DNA from: Macrostomum hystrix
Lineage: Eukaryota > Animalia > Platyhelminthes
Direction: 5' to 3'
DNA length: 64,000 nt
NCBI GenBank assembly: GCA_950097015.1
Contig: CATNEN010000031.1
Location: 1,054,001 to 1,118,000, forward strand
In this document: piece after piece, positions 39,001-50,478 of the stretch
How the letters are laid out: the number at the start of each line of letters is the position of its first letter
Numbering within the stretch: the stretch's first letter is position 1
Made by a program: the position numbers and the translations under genes
The notes under the pieces: model-generated
What the model was told of the DNA's origin: nothing
What the model saw: the letters and a program-made list of their open reading frames with translations, nothing else
Database searches by the model: none

Positions 39001-42000
39001 CTGGTAGCTTCATGAACATTTCATCGCCAATGTCAGCAGCAGCAGCAGCATCTCATCAGCATCAGCATCGTCAACATGATCAGCATCAGCCTCGTCAACA
39101 TGATCATCATCAGCCTCGTTAAGATGATCATCATCAGCATCGTCAACATGATCATCGTCAGCCTCGTCAACATGATCATCATCAGCATCGTCAACATGAT
39201 CATCGTCAGCCTCGTCAACATGATCATCATCAGCATCGTCAACATGATCATCGTCAGCCTCGTCAACATGATCATCATCAGCATCGTCAACATGATCATC
39301 ATCAGCCTCGTTAAGATGATCATCGTCAGCCTCGTCAACATGATCATCGTCAGCCTCGTCAACATGATCCTCATCAGCATCATCAGCGGAGCCCGACGGC
39401 ACAAACCTGCTTCTCGCTCTCGAATCGGCTGACAGTCTGTCGCTCTGTTTCCAACTCTTCAACAAGCTGGCACCTCGCCGATTCCGCCGACTGAGCCGCC
39501 TCAGTAGCCTCGGCCAGCAGTCGTTCGGCGCCGTCCGCCCGATCGCGTTGACCGGAGAGCGCGGCGCGAAGCTCCGTCGCGGCAGTCTCCACCTGTGCCA
39601 GACGTCCCCGCAGCTCCTCGGCGAGGTTGTCTAACTCGCGCTCTCGACTGGCCGCCTCGGCAGAAGCGGCAGCCGACTCAGACTGAATCCGGTCCACCTT
39701 CTCTGTGAGCAGGCGCTCAAGGTTGCACTTTTCTGAGTAGGCGGCCTCGCCAGCTGACAGCTGCTGACCAATGGCGGAAATGGCCTGGTACCGACAGGGC
39801 ATGAAAGATCAGGTCGGTTAGAGCTCTCACTACAGGCCAATTAGCGGATTAGAGCTCTCACTACAGGCCAATTAGCGGATTAGAGCTCTCACTACAGGCC
39901 AATTAGCGGATTAGAGCTCTCACTATAGGCCAATTAGCGGATTAGAGCTCTCACTATAGGCCAATTAGCGGATTAGAGCTCTCACTATAGGCCAATTAGC
40001 GGATTAGAGGTCTCACTATAGGCTAATTAGCAGATTAGAGGTCTCATCCTACAAAGTTATGTCAGTTTAGATAACACAGAGTCTATGCTAGCAGCCGACC
40101 TTGAATATCGATTCTCAAAATAGAATATTTTTATATTAATCAATTCAGCTATGCTTCAACTGTTTAACTTACCTGCTGAAGTCTTTGAGTCTCCTCTTTA
40201 AAGCTGACGGCAGCCTCGGCAGCCTCCCGTCTCAGCGTCTCGACGCTGGCGTCGGCAGCTGCCCTGGCGTCGCGCTCGGCGGCCAGTTCAGATCGTCGGG
40301 CGGCCAGCTCATCGCCCAGCTGACGCTCGCGCTGCTCAGCCTCACCAGAAGCCGCATCCAACTAATCGGAGTGAGCGATTAGAAATGCACAGGTGAATAA
40401 AATTCTGATAAGAAGAATTTTTTTATTTCCCAGAACCAACCTGAGCCTGAAGTCCGTCAGCCCGCTGACGCTGTACGCCGAGTTCAGCAGTCAGCTTAGC
40501 CAGCTCCTGGTCAGCCGCACTAGCCTTCTCCCTCAGCAGCTGGCAGTTCTTCAAAGTCAGAGATATAATTTCGGATTTTTTAAGCTGTGGATACAACTTT
40601 GAGTAGTGTCTAATGATGAATCCTGGGAAGATTCCAACCTGAGGAATCGACTCAAACTGTGCGATCAATCCTGGGAAGATTCCAACCAGAGATACCTACT
40701 CAAACAGTAACCAATCCTGGGAAGATTCCAACCAGAGATACCTACTCAAACAGTAACCAATCCTGGGAGGATTCCAACCAGAGATACCTACTCAAACAGT
40801 AACCAATCCTGGGAAGATTCCAACCAGAGATACCTACTCAAACAGTAACCAATCCTGGGAGGATTCCAACCAGAGATACCTACTCAAACAGTAACCAATC
40901 CTGGGAAGATTCCAACCAGAGATACCTACTCAAACAGTAACCAATCCTGGGAGGATTCCAACCAGAGATACCTACTCAAACAGTGACCAATCCTGGGAAG
41001 ATTCCAGCCTGAGATACCTACTCAAACAGTAACCAATCCTGGGAAGATTCCAACCAGAGATACCTACTCAAACAGTGACCAATCCTGGGAAGATTCCAGC
41101 CTGAGATACCTACTCAAACAGTGACCAATCCTGGGAAGATTCCAACCAGAGATACCTACTCAAACAGTGACCAATCCTGGGAAGATTCCAACCTATAATG
41201 CCTTCTCAAACAGTGACCAATCCTGGGAAGATTCCAACCTAAAATGCCTTCTCAAACAGTGACCAATCCTGGGAAGATTCCAACCTAAAATGCCTTCTCA
41301 AACAGTGACCAATCCTGGGAAGATTCCAAAACGAATTCTTTCAGACAATTCTGAAAGACAAAATTCTTCTGACAAAAGTGACTCATACTGGGAAAAAACG
41401 ATTCGCATGCAAATGTAGCTGCACTCACCCGCATTGACTTGCCCAGCGTGTCCATCGCCTCCTCGAGGCTTGCCTGAGTTCGCGCCGTCTCCGCCTCGGC
41501 GCAATCCTTGGCCGACTCGGCCGCCCGTGCTGCTTCGGCTGCCTCGGCCAGCTTGGCCTCCAACTCGGCCGCCTCGCGGCGCAGGCAGTCGGCCTGCTCC
41601 TCCAAGTTGGCCGTCATCGCCTCCCGTTCGGATAGCAGGCGAGTCATTGCGGCTTCGCGCTCGCGGATCTGCTTGACCCTGGCTGCCTCCGCCTCTGCTT
41701 CGGTCGCCGAATTGGCAGCCAACTCGGCGGCTGCTCGAGCTTCGGCCAGCTCGCCAGCCAAAGCTTCGCGCGCGGCCCGCTCGCTGGCCAGCCTGGCGCG
41801 GGACTCCTCGCGCAGGCGCGCCAGCTCCCGCTCTTGGGCCTGCGCAGACGCCGTCAGCCGGGCAATCTCATCGTCCCGCTGACGCAGCCGAAGCGACTCC
41901 GCTAAGCGAGACTCCTCGCGCATTGCGGCCGCCTGGCGATCGAACTCCTGACGCATCTCGCCAGCCTGCTGGGCGGCGCGCTCCTCCGTGGCAGCCAGCC

Positions 42001-45000
42001 GACGTCGGGCGTCGTCAAGTTCAGCGCACAAAGTCCTGAGCTCCGCCTCCTTGCTGCAGTTTGACCAGGGAGTGGACAAAGGCTAATAAGGCATGATTTA
42101 TGCACTGCAGGCACTGCAGCATTAAAGCGAGGAATACCCAGCAATAAGGAATCTGTCAATGAAGAACGAAGAAATTCGAGAATAAGTTAATGATTTTAAC
42201 TTATTAAAGAATCAGCCGAAAAAGGCAACTGTACGGAATCAACAAAAACAAACCCGTCGACAACTCAGGAATCTAAGAAGTGAAGGATGGAATCTGCCGA
42301 ATAAATTATGATACCGATGGAATCTGCCGAAAAAAGAATGGAATCTTCCGAAAAAGGATGGAATCTGCTGTATGTACTTGTAGTATGGAATCTGCAGAAA
42401 ACAGGAATCTGCCGAATAAAATATGGAATCTGCCGAAAAAGGATAGAATCTGATGAATAAAAAAATGTAATCTGCTAAATTAAGGATGGAATCTGCGAAA
42501 CCCAAGAACACTGTGAATTAAAGGATGGATCCTGCCGACAGTGAGGATCTCACCTGGCCAAGCAATCGCTGGCCTCAGCCTCTCTGGCACCGGCAGCCTC
42601 GGCAGCTGCCAGCTCCACGGCGGCCAGCCGGTGCTGTAGTTCGGCGCGCAATTCGCCGATTCGCGACTCGGCCGCCAGCTCAGACGAGCGCTTGCTGGCA
42701 GCCGATTCCTCCTGCTGCTGTTGGCGCAGCTGCTGCAGCTCGGCTTCTTGACTGCGGAGAATGAGGTTCGATGGCTCAGCTTGGAGAGCGATGTCGTTTT
42801 AATAGGAGAATAATTAATAGCTTTAGAGTTTTCTTTAGCTCACCGCTGACGGAGTTGCTGAAGTTGACTGTCCATCTCGGCTGTCAGGGATTTGCGCAGC
42901 GCCTCCAGCCGCCTGGCTGACTCGATGCCAGCGTCTTCGAGCCGGCTCTGCAGTTCAGCACTGGTCTGCTTCAGCTCCTGAACTTGCTTCCGGTGCCTGC
43001 CAGGTCAGGGGATGGGTATTTCTGATTTTCTGATTGGTCCGTAAGGGAAATTGATACAGTGCGCTGATTGGTCAGAAAAGGAATCTATCTAGGGCGCTGA
43101 TTGGCCAGTGTAAGAAACCGATCCAGTTCGCGGATTGGCCAGTGAGGGAAACTGATCCAGAGCTGATTGGTTAGTTTAGAAAACTGATCCAGAGCGCTGA
43201 TTGGCCAGTTTAGAAAACTGATCCAGAGCGCTGATTGGCCAGTGAGGGAAACTGATCCAGTGCACTGATTGGTCAGAAAGAAATTTTTTCACTTACTATT
43301 AGACAATCAGATAAATAAGGCGCACATCAAAATTTACCTTTGACTAGCCTCCTTAAATTTCTGCTCCAGCAATTGTTTTTCCTCAGTCAAAGCTTTCAGG
43401 GCTCGCTCAGACTCCCTAGCAATGGCGCGAAATATGGATTAGGAAAGTTTTTTTATACAGCAATAGAAAGTGGATTTTTTAAATTGCTCACTCGGACTTT
43501 GACTGCAGCTCAGCGCGTAGTAATTCAATCTCTTTATCCCTTCTGCAATTTTCAAAATAGTTAATCAAATCAAAGAATAACTCTGTCTGGTCAGGGAAGA
43601 GGATGTTAGAGAGGAAAATTAGATTGTATCTAGTTGCTATGCGAATCTGTCTCACCGCTTGGCATCATTCTCGGCCTTCTGTTGAAGGGCCTGCTTCTCA
43701 GACATCAGATTCTTTAGTGCCTCGTCCGCTGACCTGCAAACAAATGCGCCATGCAAAATAATACCAAAACGCATTTTTTATTTGAATTTAAAAAGTTCGA
43801 ATCTCAGCCAGTCCATGGACTCATGTGCCGAGCAATAGCTGTGTCAGTCGTCATTTCTACGAGATTCTATATATTCCCATTACTAGGGAGGGTGAGTGGC
43901 AGAGCGGTTCAGATGTACAGTGCAGATGTACAACCTGTGCGAGGTGTGTAGACTGAATTGTCTACCAGTTTAAACCATAGATAAATAAAAACAACTCACC
44001 CAGATTTGGACTGCAGCTCGAATGTTAGAGACTCGATGAGCTCGTCTTTTCTGCAAATTAGTTAAAATAGGATTTTAAATGCACCTTAGAAAGCAAATCA
44101 CAGTAGAAACACCATCCTATTTTTCCCCGGTGAAAGACCGTTGTATTTAAAGACCCCGTGCTATTTCTACTGTTAAGGGGGGTCGGTGGCAGAGCGGTTA
44201 TCGCGTTTGCCTCTCGCACCAAGGTCCCTAAGTTCGATTCCACGGCGAGGCCACATTTATTTGGGGCGCAGCCGCGGAGAGAAGGCTTGGGGGCTTGTCG
44301 TGCAATTTACGCCCTTGAGGGCCAACCTCCAAGGCACAGTGAAGTGTGTACACTGCCTGACGATGAGAAAGTCAGGGCAGATGTACACACCTGTGTGAGT
44401 GTGTGCCTGCGTACAGTATCTGAGTGCGTGTGTGCTCAGGAGTCAGCGAGATGGGTAGAATTGCCTCCTCGCTGGCTGCGGGTCTAGTGTCACTAAATGA
44501 TGTGCCATTGCCCGCAGCCCTCCTGCAATTATTATTATTATTATTATATTCTACTGTTAAGACTCAACTCACTTTTGAATCTCTTCATCTGCAATGCGCT
44601 CAGCTTCCAGCTTATCAGATTCGATTTGCTTCACTCGCTGCTCTGCGGCGCTGAAATATTTACCGAGAGAAAAACTGGCCTACTTTCAGTAGTAGTTCAG
44701 GAAATTATAGCTAATTTAAATAGATAAATCATGCATATTACTCACTCAAGCTTCGATTGCAGGCTAAGTTTCTGTGATTCCATAGCCTGGTCCTTCCTGA
44801 AATAAATGCAATTTGACCGAAGGATCAGGTCTGGGAGCTCACAAACTGACAAACAAGCCAAAAAACATGACAGAGTGAAGCTAACCTCTGATTTTTCTCG
44901 GCCATCTTTTTCTCAAACTCTTGTCTCTCATCGTTGAGTGCTTTTAAAGTACTCGCTGCGGCACTGAAAAGTTTTTTAAATAAGGATTTCAATCGTTTAT

Positions 45001-48000
45001 TAAGCTTTTTAAAGCACAAAAGCATATGCAGTCTGTGCCGAATTCATACTCAGATTGTGATTGCAGTTCCGCCTTCAACGAGTCGATTAGCTGCTGAGCA
45101 CTGCAATTGGAATGTGAGAGAAAAACACTGCTTTATCTGGTTTTTACATTTGGCTGTCCCAAAAGTAGTGTTCAAAGTAGTATGTGTCAACTCCTAGATC
45201 TTGGTGTCAACTCATAGACCTTTGTGTTAACTCATGGAGCATGGAGTCAAGTCATAGACCTTTGTGTTAACTCATGGAGCATGGAGTCAAGTCATAGACC
45301 TTGGTGTCATAGACCTTGGTGTCATAGACCTTAGTGTCATAGACCTTGGTGTCATAGACCTTTGTGTTAACTCATGGAGCATGGAGTCAAGTCAAGGACC
45401 TTGGTGTCATAGACCTTGGTGTCATAGACCTTTGTGCCATAGACCTTGGTGTCATAGACCTTTGTGTTAACTCATGGAGCATGGAGTCAAGTCATGGACC
45501 TTGGTGTCATAGACCTTGGTGTCATAGACCTTGGTGTCATAGACCTTAGTGTCATAGACCTTGGTGTCATAGACCTTTGTGTTAACTCATGGAGCATGGA
45601 GTCAAGTCATGGACCTTGGTGTCATAGACCTTGGTGTCATAGACCTTTGTGCCATAGACCTTGGTGTCATAGACCTTTGTGTTAACTCATGGAGCATGGA
45701 GTCAAGTCATGGACCTTGGTGTCATAGACCTTGGTGTCATAGACCTTTGTGCCATAGACCTTGGTGGCATAGACCTTGGTGTCATAGACCTTTGTGTTAA
45801 CTCATGGAGCATGGAGTCAAGTCATGGACCTTGGTGTCATAGACCTTGGTGTCATAGACCTTGGTGTCAAAGACCTTGGTGTCATAGACCTTGGTGTCAT
45901 AGACCTTGGTGTCATAGACCTTGGTGTCATAGACCTTGGTGTCATAGACCTTGGCGTCATAGACCTTGGTGTCATAGACCTTGGTGTCATAGACCTTGGT
46001 GTCATAGAACTTGGTGTCATAGACCTTGGTGTCATAGAACTTGGTGTCATAGACCTTGGCGTCATAGACCTTGGTGTCATAGACCTTGGTGTCATAGCCC
46101 TTGGTGTCATAGCCCTTGGTGTCATAGACCTTGGTGTCATAGACCTTGGTGTCATAGACCTTGGTCAACTCATAGACCTTCGTGTCAAAATATGGAGCTT
46201 GGAGTGAATTTATGAATCCAGGAGTAAGCTCATGGAGCTTGGAGTGAATTTATGAATCCAGGAGTAAGCTCATGGAGCTTGGTGATAAGTCTTAGTGTGT
46301 TGTCAATTCCCACTTACCGTTGTTTTTCAGTCTCGGCTGCGGCTTCAACCGTTCTCTTGTCCGCGGTGAGCGAGTCCAGACACTTTTGACTTTCACTTGA
46401 AGAAAATAAAAGCAAGATACAACAATTTTTTAAGACAATGAATTTGGATATTTTCTGTAATCCTAGAAATGACAGAATCTCACTCCAGTCTGCGCTGCAT
46501 ATTATCCAGTCGGTCCGTTGATTCCTTTTCGCGTCTAAAAATATAAATTCGGCTAATTTGACCAAAAAAGAAATTTATGAAAGCGGAACTTTTTCATAAA
46601 GAGCCAAAATTCGCACCTGACAGATTCCTCTTTGAGGCATTCGATTGCCTGCCTCTCGGCAGCCAGTGTTTGCTGTGCTTCCTCTGCTAGCCTGCTTATT
46701 TGTTACATAAGAATTTCAGTTTTAAAAGTGCGTCGAAATAGAGAACAATTAAAAGGCACGAAGGCATGTACACCAGAACGTAAGGATGTGGTCAGACAAT
46801 GTACTTGTAATAGGGGGGTTTCACGGAGAGTACTTTGAAGGTAAATGGCGGTCGGGGTGTGGGAGAGTGTACATTGGAGGTGAATGGCGGTCGGGGTGTG
46901 GGAGAGTGTACATTGGAGGTAAATGGCGGTCGGGGTGTGGGAGAGTGTACATTGGAGGTGAATGGCGGTCGGGGTGTGGGAGAGTGTACATTGGAGGTAA
47001 ATGGCGGTCGGGGTGTGGGAGAGTGTACATTGGAGGTGAATGGCGGTCGGGGTGTGGGAGAGTGTACATTGGAGGTGAATGGCGGTCGGGGTGTGGGAGA
47101 GTGTACATTGGAGGTGAATGGCGGTCGGGGTGTGGGAGAGTGTACATTGGAGGTGAATGGCGGTCGGGGTGTGGGAGAGTGTACATTGGAGGTGAATGGC
47201 GGAAGCACTTACGCAGTTTTAGCTAGCAAATCCGCTGTAAGCTCTTCAATTTGTTGATCCTTACTGTAAGTAGTGAATGTGAGTTTTTGTTGATAATAGA
47301 GTTTGTTTCAGCTGTAACAAATTATTGCTCACACGCACTTCTGAATTTCGAATTTAATTCTCGTCTCAATGGCCTGCTTCTCCTCAATGAGGCGTTGAGT
47401 TGACCGCTCAGCTTTTCTAAAAATATTTTTGAATTTTTTGTTTTTATTCCCGATGCAAAAAGCACTTTTAAATAAAGTTAAAAGACTTACTCGGCCACAG
47501 ATTTCAGTTGGTCTGTAAGCGAGTGAATTGTTTCATCTTTTCTAAAACCATACATGACAGAAACGGTTGATTAAACATTTTATAGAGTAAAAACAGCATT
47601 AAGGTTCATATTTCAGTAGCTTACTCTACTAGTTTTTTATTCAAATCGGCTATGGCGGCAGCAGCCGCAGCTTCTGCTTCCTTGACGTCGGCATTTGACG
47701 CTGCAGTGTCGAGCTTGACGCCGGCCCTGATGAAGTCGCTGGTGAGATCCGGTGGTATCTCAATATCGGCATAGCTGGTAAGACCGTTGCTGTCAGCCGA
47801 TGGACCGTTGGCAGGTACCTGACAGTGAGACAGTGCCTGGTTTAACCTACAAACTTGCATCTGGCCTTTGTTAACAGTAGAAAGACCAACCACGGGAGGT
47901 AGTTCAAATACCCACATTCTACCTAAATATTTAACTAATCACCATGAAAATCCAGAACATAAACTGAAATTTTCCGCTCTATACGATGAAACAGTTAGTT

Positions 48001-49985
48001 CATCGTACAGGGCGGAAAACTTTGATCCATATCGTGGACTTTCACGAATATCGGTCATTCTGTTTGGAAGCCATCGTGAAGTAGGCATTGGGTATTTTTG
48101 AAATACTACCGTGTTTTCCTCAGGGGGGAAAATAGCATGCTATTTCTACTGTTAACCAATACACTTGCCCAGCGGCGAGCCACATCTTCAGTCATTATAG
48201 GTCCTCTTTTCAGCCAATTTAGGTCCACATCTTCAGCCAGTTTAGGTCCACATCTTCAGTCACTTTAGGTCTACATCTTCAGCCAGTTTAGGTCCACATC
48301 TTCAGTCACTTTAGGTCTAGATCTTCAGCCAATTTAGGTCCACATCCTCAGCCAATTTAGGTCCACATTTTCAGTCACTTTAGGTCCACATCCTCAGCCA
48401 ATTTAGTTCCACATCCTCAGCCAATTTAGTTCCACATCCTCAGCCAATTTAGTTCCACATCTTCAGCATACATTGACTTCTCTTTCTTTATCAAAGTTGG
48501 AAGCAACCTAATAGCAATTGATACTGCTTCAAAACAACATCATAACCAAACCTTTAGCAGGTCCTGCTGTTGCAACAGCTCTGTCTTCAACTGTTCAATC
48601 GTGTCAATCATGGCTCGTTCCTTCTGGTTGAATTCATAGATCAAGGCTTGCTGCTCGTGCAGGGCGTCCTTATGCTGCTGGTCCAGCTGTTGCGCCACTA
48701 TAAAACAAATTGCTGAATAAACATTCGATCACCCTAAGTATTATTCGAAATCAAATAACAGCAGAAACTTGGTCACCTACGCAGCGCTTTGCTTTCATTT
48801 GAGGCCAGCAGTTGCTGCTCAAGCAGGAAAATTTCTTCAGAGGCCTGAAAACGATAAAAATGAAAGAAAATGTGTAGGAAAACATGATTGAAAAGTCTGC
48901 CAACAGGTGGAAACTCACGTTATTGTTATTAGCCGAAGCCGCGCCAGCACTGGCCAATCGCTGGCTCAACTCCGCATTCTCCAACCTCAGCAGGCGCACA
49001 GTTTTCTCTAGGTCAGCTAAGCTTTCAGCTTTGCCAGATTGTTGCTGATCGAAGGCGCGATCGAACCTGCGTATCCAAGAACAGTGCCAAAGTGAAAACA
49101 CTTTACTAAAGACTGTGATTGTGTTAAAATTACTGATCTCACCATTCCAAAAACAAGAGAAGTCCATCTCACGGTTTGCCTCTCCACATTCCTACCCCGA
49201 GACATCCACCTCACGGTTTGCATTCCACATTCCTACTCCAAGAGACGTCCACCTCACGGTTTTCCCTCTACATTCCTACTCCAAGAGACGTCCACCTCAC
49301 GGTTTGCACTCCACATTCCTACTCCAAGAGACGTCCACCTCACGGTTTTCCCTCCACATTCCTACCCCGAGAGACGTCCACCTCACGGTTTTCCCTCTAC
49401 ATTCCTACTCCAAGAGACGTCCACCTCACGGTTTTCCCTCTACATTCCTACTCCAAGAGACGTCCACCTCACGGTTTGCCTCTCCACATTCCTACCCCGA
49501 GAGACGCCCACCTCACGGTTTGCCTCTCCACATTCCTATCCCGAGAGACGTCCACCTCACGGTTTGACCTCCACATTCCTACCCCGAGACGCTCACCTCA
49601 CGGTTTGTCCTCCACATTCCTAACACAAGTGAAGTCCATATTAATCTAAATGGAATTATGCAAGCCTCAAGGCCCTGGCTCACATAACATTGGCCTCAGC
49701 GGTGGCCAAAGAAGACATCGAATTGCTAATCGAAGCAGTGGACGGCGAGGCTGTTCCAGCCGTCTGCTCCGCCTCGTCGGCTGAATGCGCGGCGAGAAAG
49801 TGATGAGTGAGAGCCTCGGCTGTGCCAAATTTAATCATGCAAGTCGGACAGAGAAAGCCCTCAACCTGGGACGACACTGTGCTGGGACCGCCGCGCTGCG
49901 CTGTTGATGCGGCCGACGGTGCGTCGCCGCCGCCGCCGCCTGCTTGCGATTTCGGCTTGGCCTTTTTTAAAAAGTTGGACAGCAT
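36015..49985 (-). CDS. EEA1: Early endosome antigen 1 orthologue (N-terminal C2H2 finger, very long coiled coil, C-terminal FYVE), 31 exons, about 1879 aa
   Basis: N-terminal [26 protein letters not shown]; C-terminal [10 protein letters not shown]...VWVRDD...[13 protein letters not shown]...RVC (FYVE). Hand-spliced exons: 49985-49684, 49066-48919, 48844-48781, 48697-48552, 47818-47625, 47541-47491, 47416-47339, 47263-47213, 46691-46617, 46534-46484, 46395-46318, 45100-45050, 44963-44886, 44796-44746, 44650-44573, 44050-44000, 43733-43656, 43542-43492, 43415-43338, 42996-42844, 42751-42554, 42053-41429, 40539-40441, 40361-40173, 39784-39407, 38965-38882, 38804-37392, 37046-36873, 36799-36667, 36528-36254, 36179-36015. 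All GT-AG, phases consistent, 5640 nt in total. Confidence 0.88.
37100..37305. repeat. Degenerate ~34-bp intronic minisatellite (TTCTCAGCCTGACCAATCAGTGAACTGGAGGGTT)
   Basis: About 6 units in an EEA1 intron. Confidence 0.8.
39045..39385. repeat. 24-bp intronic minisatellite (TCATCAGCATCGTCAACATGATCA)
   Basis: Lies in EEA1 intron 38966-39406; stop-free in several frames. Confidence 0.9.
39818..40045. repeat. 31-bp intronic minisatellite (GAGCTCTCACTACAGGCCAATTAGCGGATTA)
   Basis: Period 31 (39821, 39852...). Confidence 0.92.
40610..41330. repeat. 46-bp intronic minisatellite (AATCCTGGGAAGATTCCAACCAGAGATACCTACTCAAACAGTAACC)
   Basis: Period 46 (40681, 40727...). Confidence 0.94.
43040..43275. 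repeat. Degenerate intronic repeat with CTGATTGG and AAACTGATCCAG cores
   Basis: About 6-7 diverged units in an EEA1 intron. Confidence 0.7.
44100..44173. mobile_element. Short internally deleted MITE-like copy (ACAGTAGAAA...TTTCTACTGT)
   Basis: 10-bp perfect terminal inverted repeat shared with the copies at 47874 and 58401. Confidence 0.6.
44178..44548 (+). mobile_element. Full-length tRNA-derived SINE with (ATT)n tail and 13-bp target-site duplication
   Basis: Pol III A box TGGCAGAGCGG 44187-44197; B box GTTCGATTCC 44232-44241; 3' stem GGCTGCGGG/CCCGCAGCC (44474-44482/44511-44519); ATT tail; TTCTACTGTTAAG at 44165-44177 and 44549-44561. Confidence 0.88.
45195..46285. repeat. Compound intronic minisatellite: 15-bp unit (GTCATAGACCTTGGT) punctuated by a 40-bp block
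   Basis: TGTGTTAACTCATGGAGCATGGAGTCAA recurs at spacings of 100, 100, 115, 100 and 115 bp, followed by a pure 15-mer run. Confidence 0.93.
46838..47202. repeat. 39-bp intronic minisatellite (GAATGGCGGTCGGGGTGTGGGAGAGTGTACATTGGAGGT)
   Basis: About 9 near-identical units; source of the 13-aa repeat ORFs. Confidence 0.95.
47874..48151. mobile_element. MITE-like element with ACAGTAGAAA terminal inverted repeats and an internal 21-bp-arm hairpin
   Basis: TTAACAGTAGAAA...TTTCTACTGTTAA; imperfect longer TIR (TTCAAATACCCAC / GGGTATTTTTGAA); hairpin 47970-47990/47999-48019; homologous to 53007-53352 and 58401-58616. Confidence 0.75.
48165..48470. repeat. 23-bp intronic minisatellite (TTTAGGTCCACATCTTCAGCCAA)
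   Basis: Period 23 (48241, 48264...). Confidence 0.9.
49165..49620. repeat. 43-bp minisatellite in EEA1 intron 1
   Basis: CCACCTCACGGTTT recurs every 43 bp (49206, 49249...). Confidence 0.92.
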
Positions 49986-50230
49986 CTCGCTGCGGCCACT
50001 AATTATAAGGGACTTTTTTAAAGCTAGAAGAGAGAAATTATATAACCAGCGTGGTGAGTGGGTGCAACATTCAATTAATATTGAGTTGATTATATTAAAA
50101 ATTATATATTTTATATATATAATTTAGACAAAGACTGCGTACAGCTGTTCAGTCCGTGGACTGGGGAGGCCGCCACACCAAACAAAGCTGGTGCTGGTGA
50201 ACCATTTTACAGCCAGGTGAACTGAAGCCC

Positions 50231-50478
50231 AGGGTCAGTGACAGAACGGTTCATCTCTCTGCGGAGAGAAGGCTTGGGGGCTTGTCGTGCAATTTACGCA
50301 CTTGAGGGCCAACCTCCAAGGCACTGTGTACACTGCCTTGGCAGAAAGTCAGGGCAGATGTTTACACCTGTATGCGTGTGTGCTCAGGAGTCAGCGAAAT
50401 TGGCAGAATTGCTGCGGGTCTAGTGTCACGAAATGATGTGCCATTGCCCGCAGCCCTCCTGCAAATATTTTTGTTATT
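50231..50478 (+). mobile_element. Internally deleted SINE copy with 11-bp target-site duplication
   Basis: Degenerate head GGTCAGTGACAGAACGGTT; body matches 44270-44527; AACTGAAGCCC at 50220-50230 and 50479-50489. Confidence 0.85.

Noticed and set aside
39010-39465. Asp/His-rich DDHVDEAD repeat ORF as a metal-binding EEA1 exon
   Set aside because: Lies in an intron in a different frame; read-through from the upstream exon stops after VCAVGLR; no suitable splice sites frame it.
44181-44250. Functional tRNA gene
   Set aside because: A and B boxes are present but no complete cloverleaf or T-run terminator; it is the head of a TSD-flanked SINE.
45195-45830. Repeat-spacer (CRISPR-like) appearance
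   Set aside because: The apparent spacers are themselves 15-bp repeats; it is an intronic compound minisatellite.
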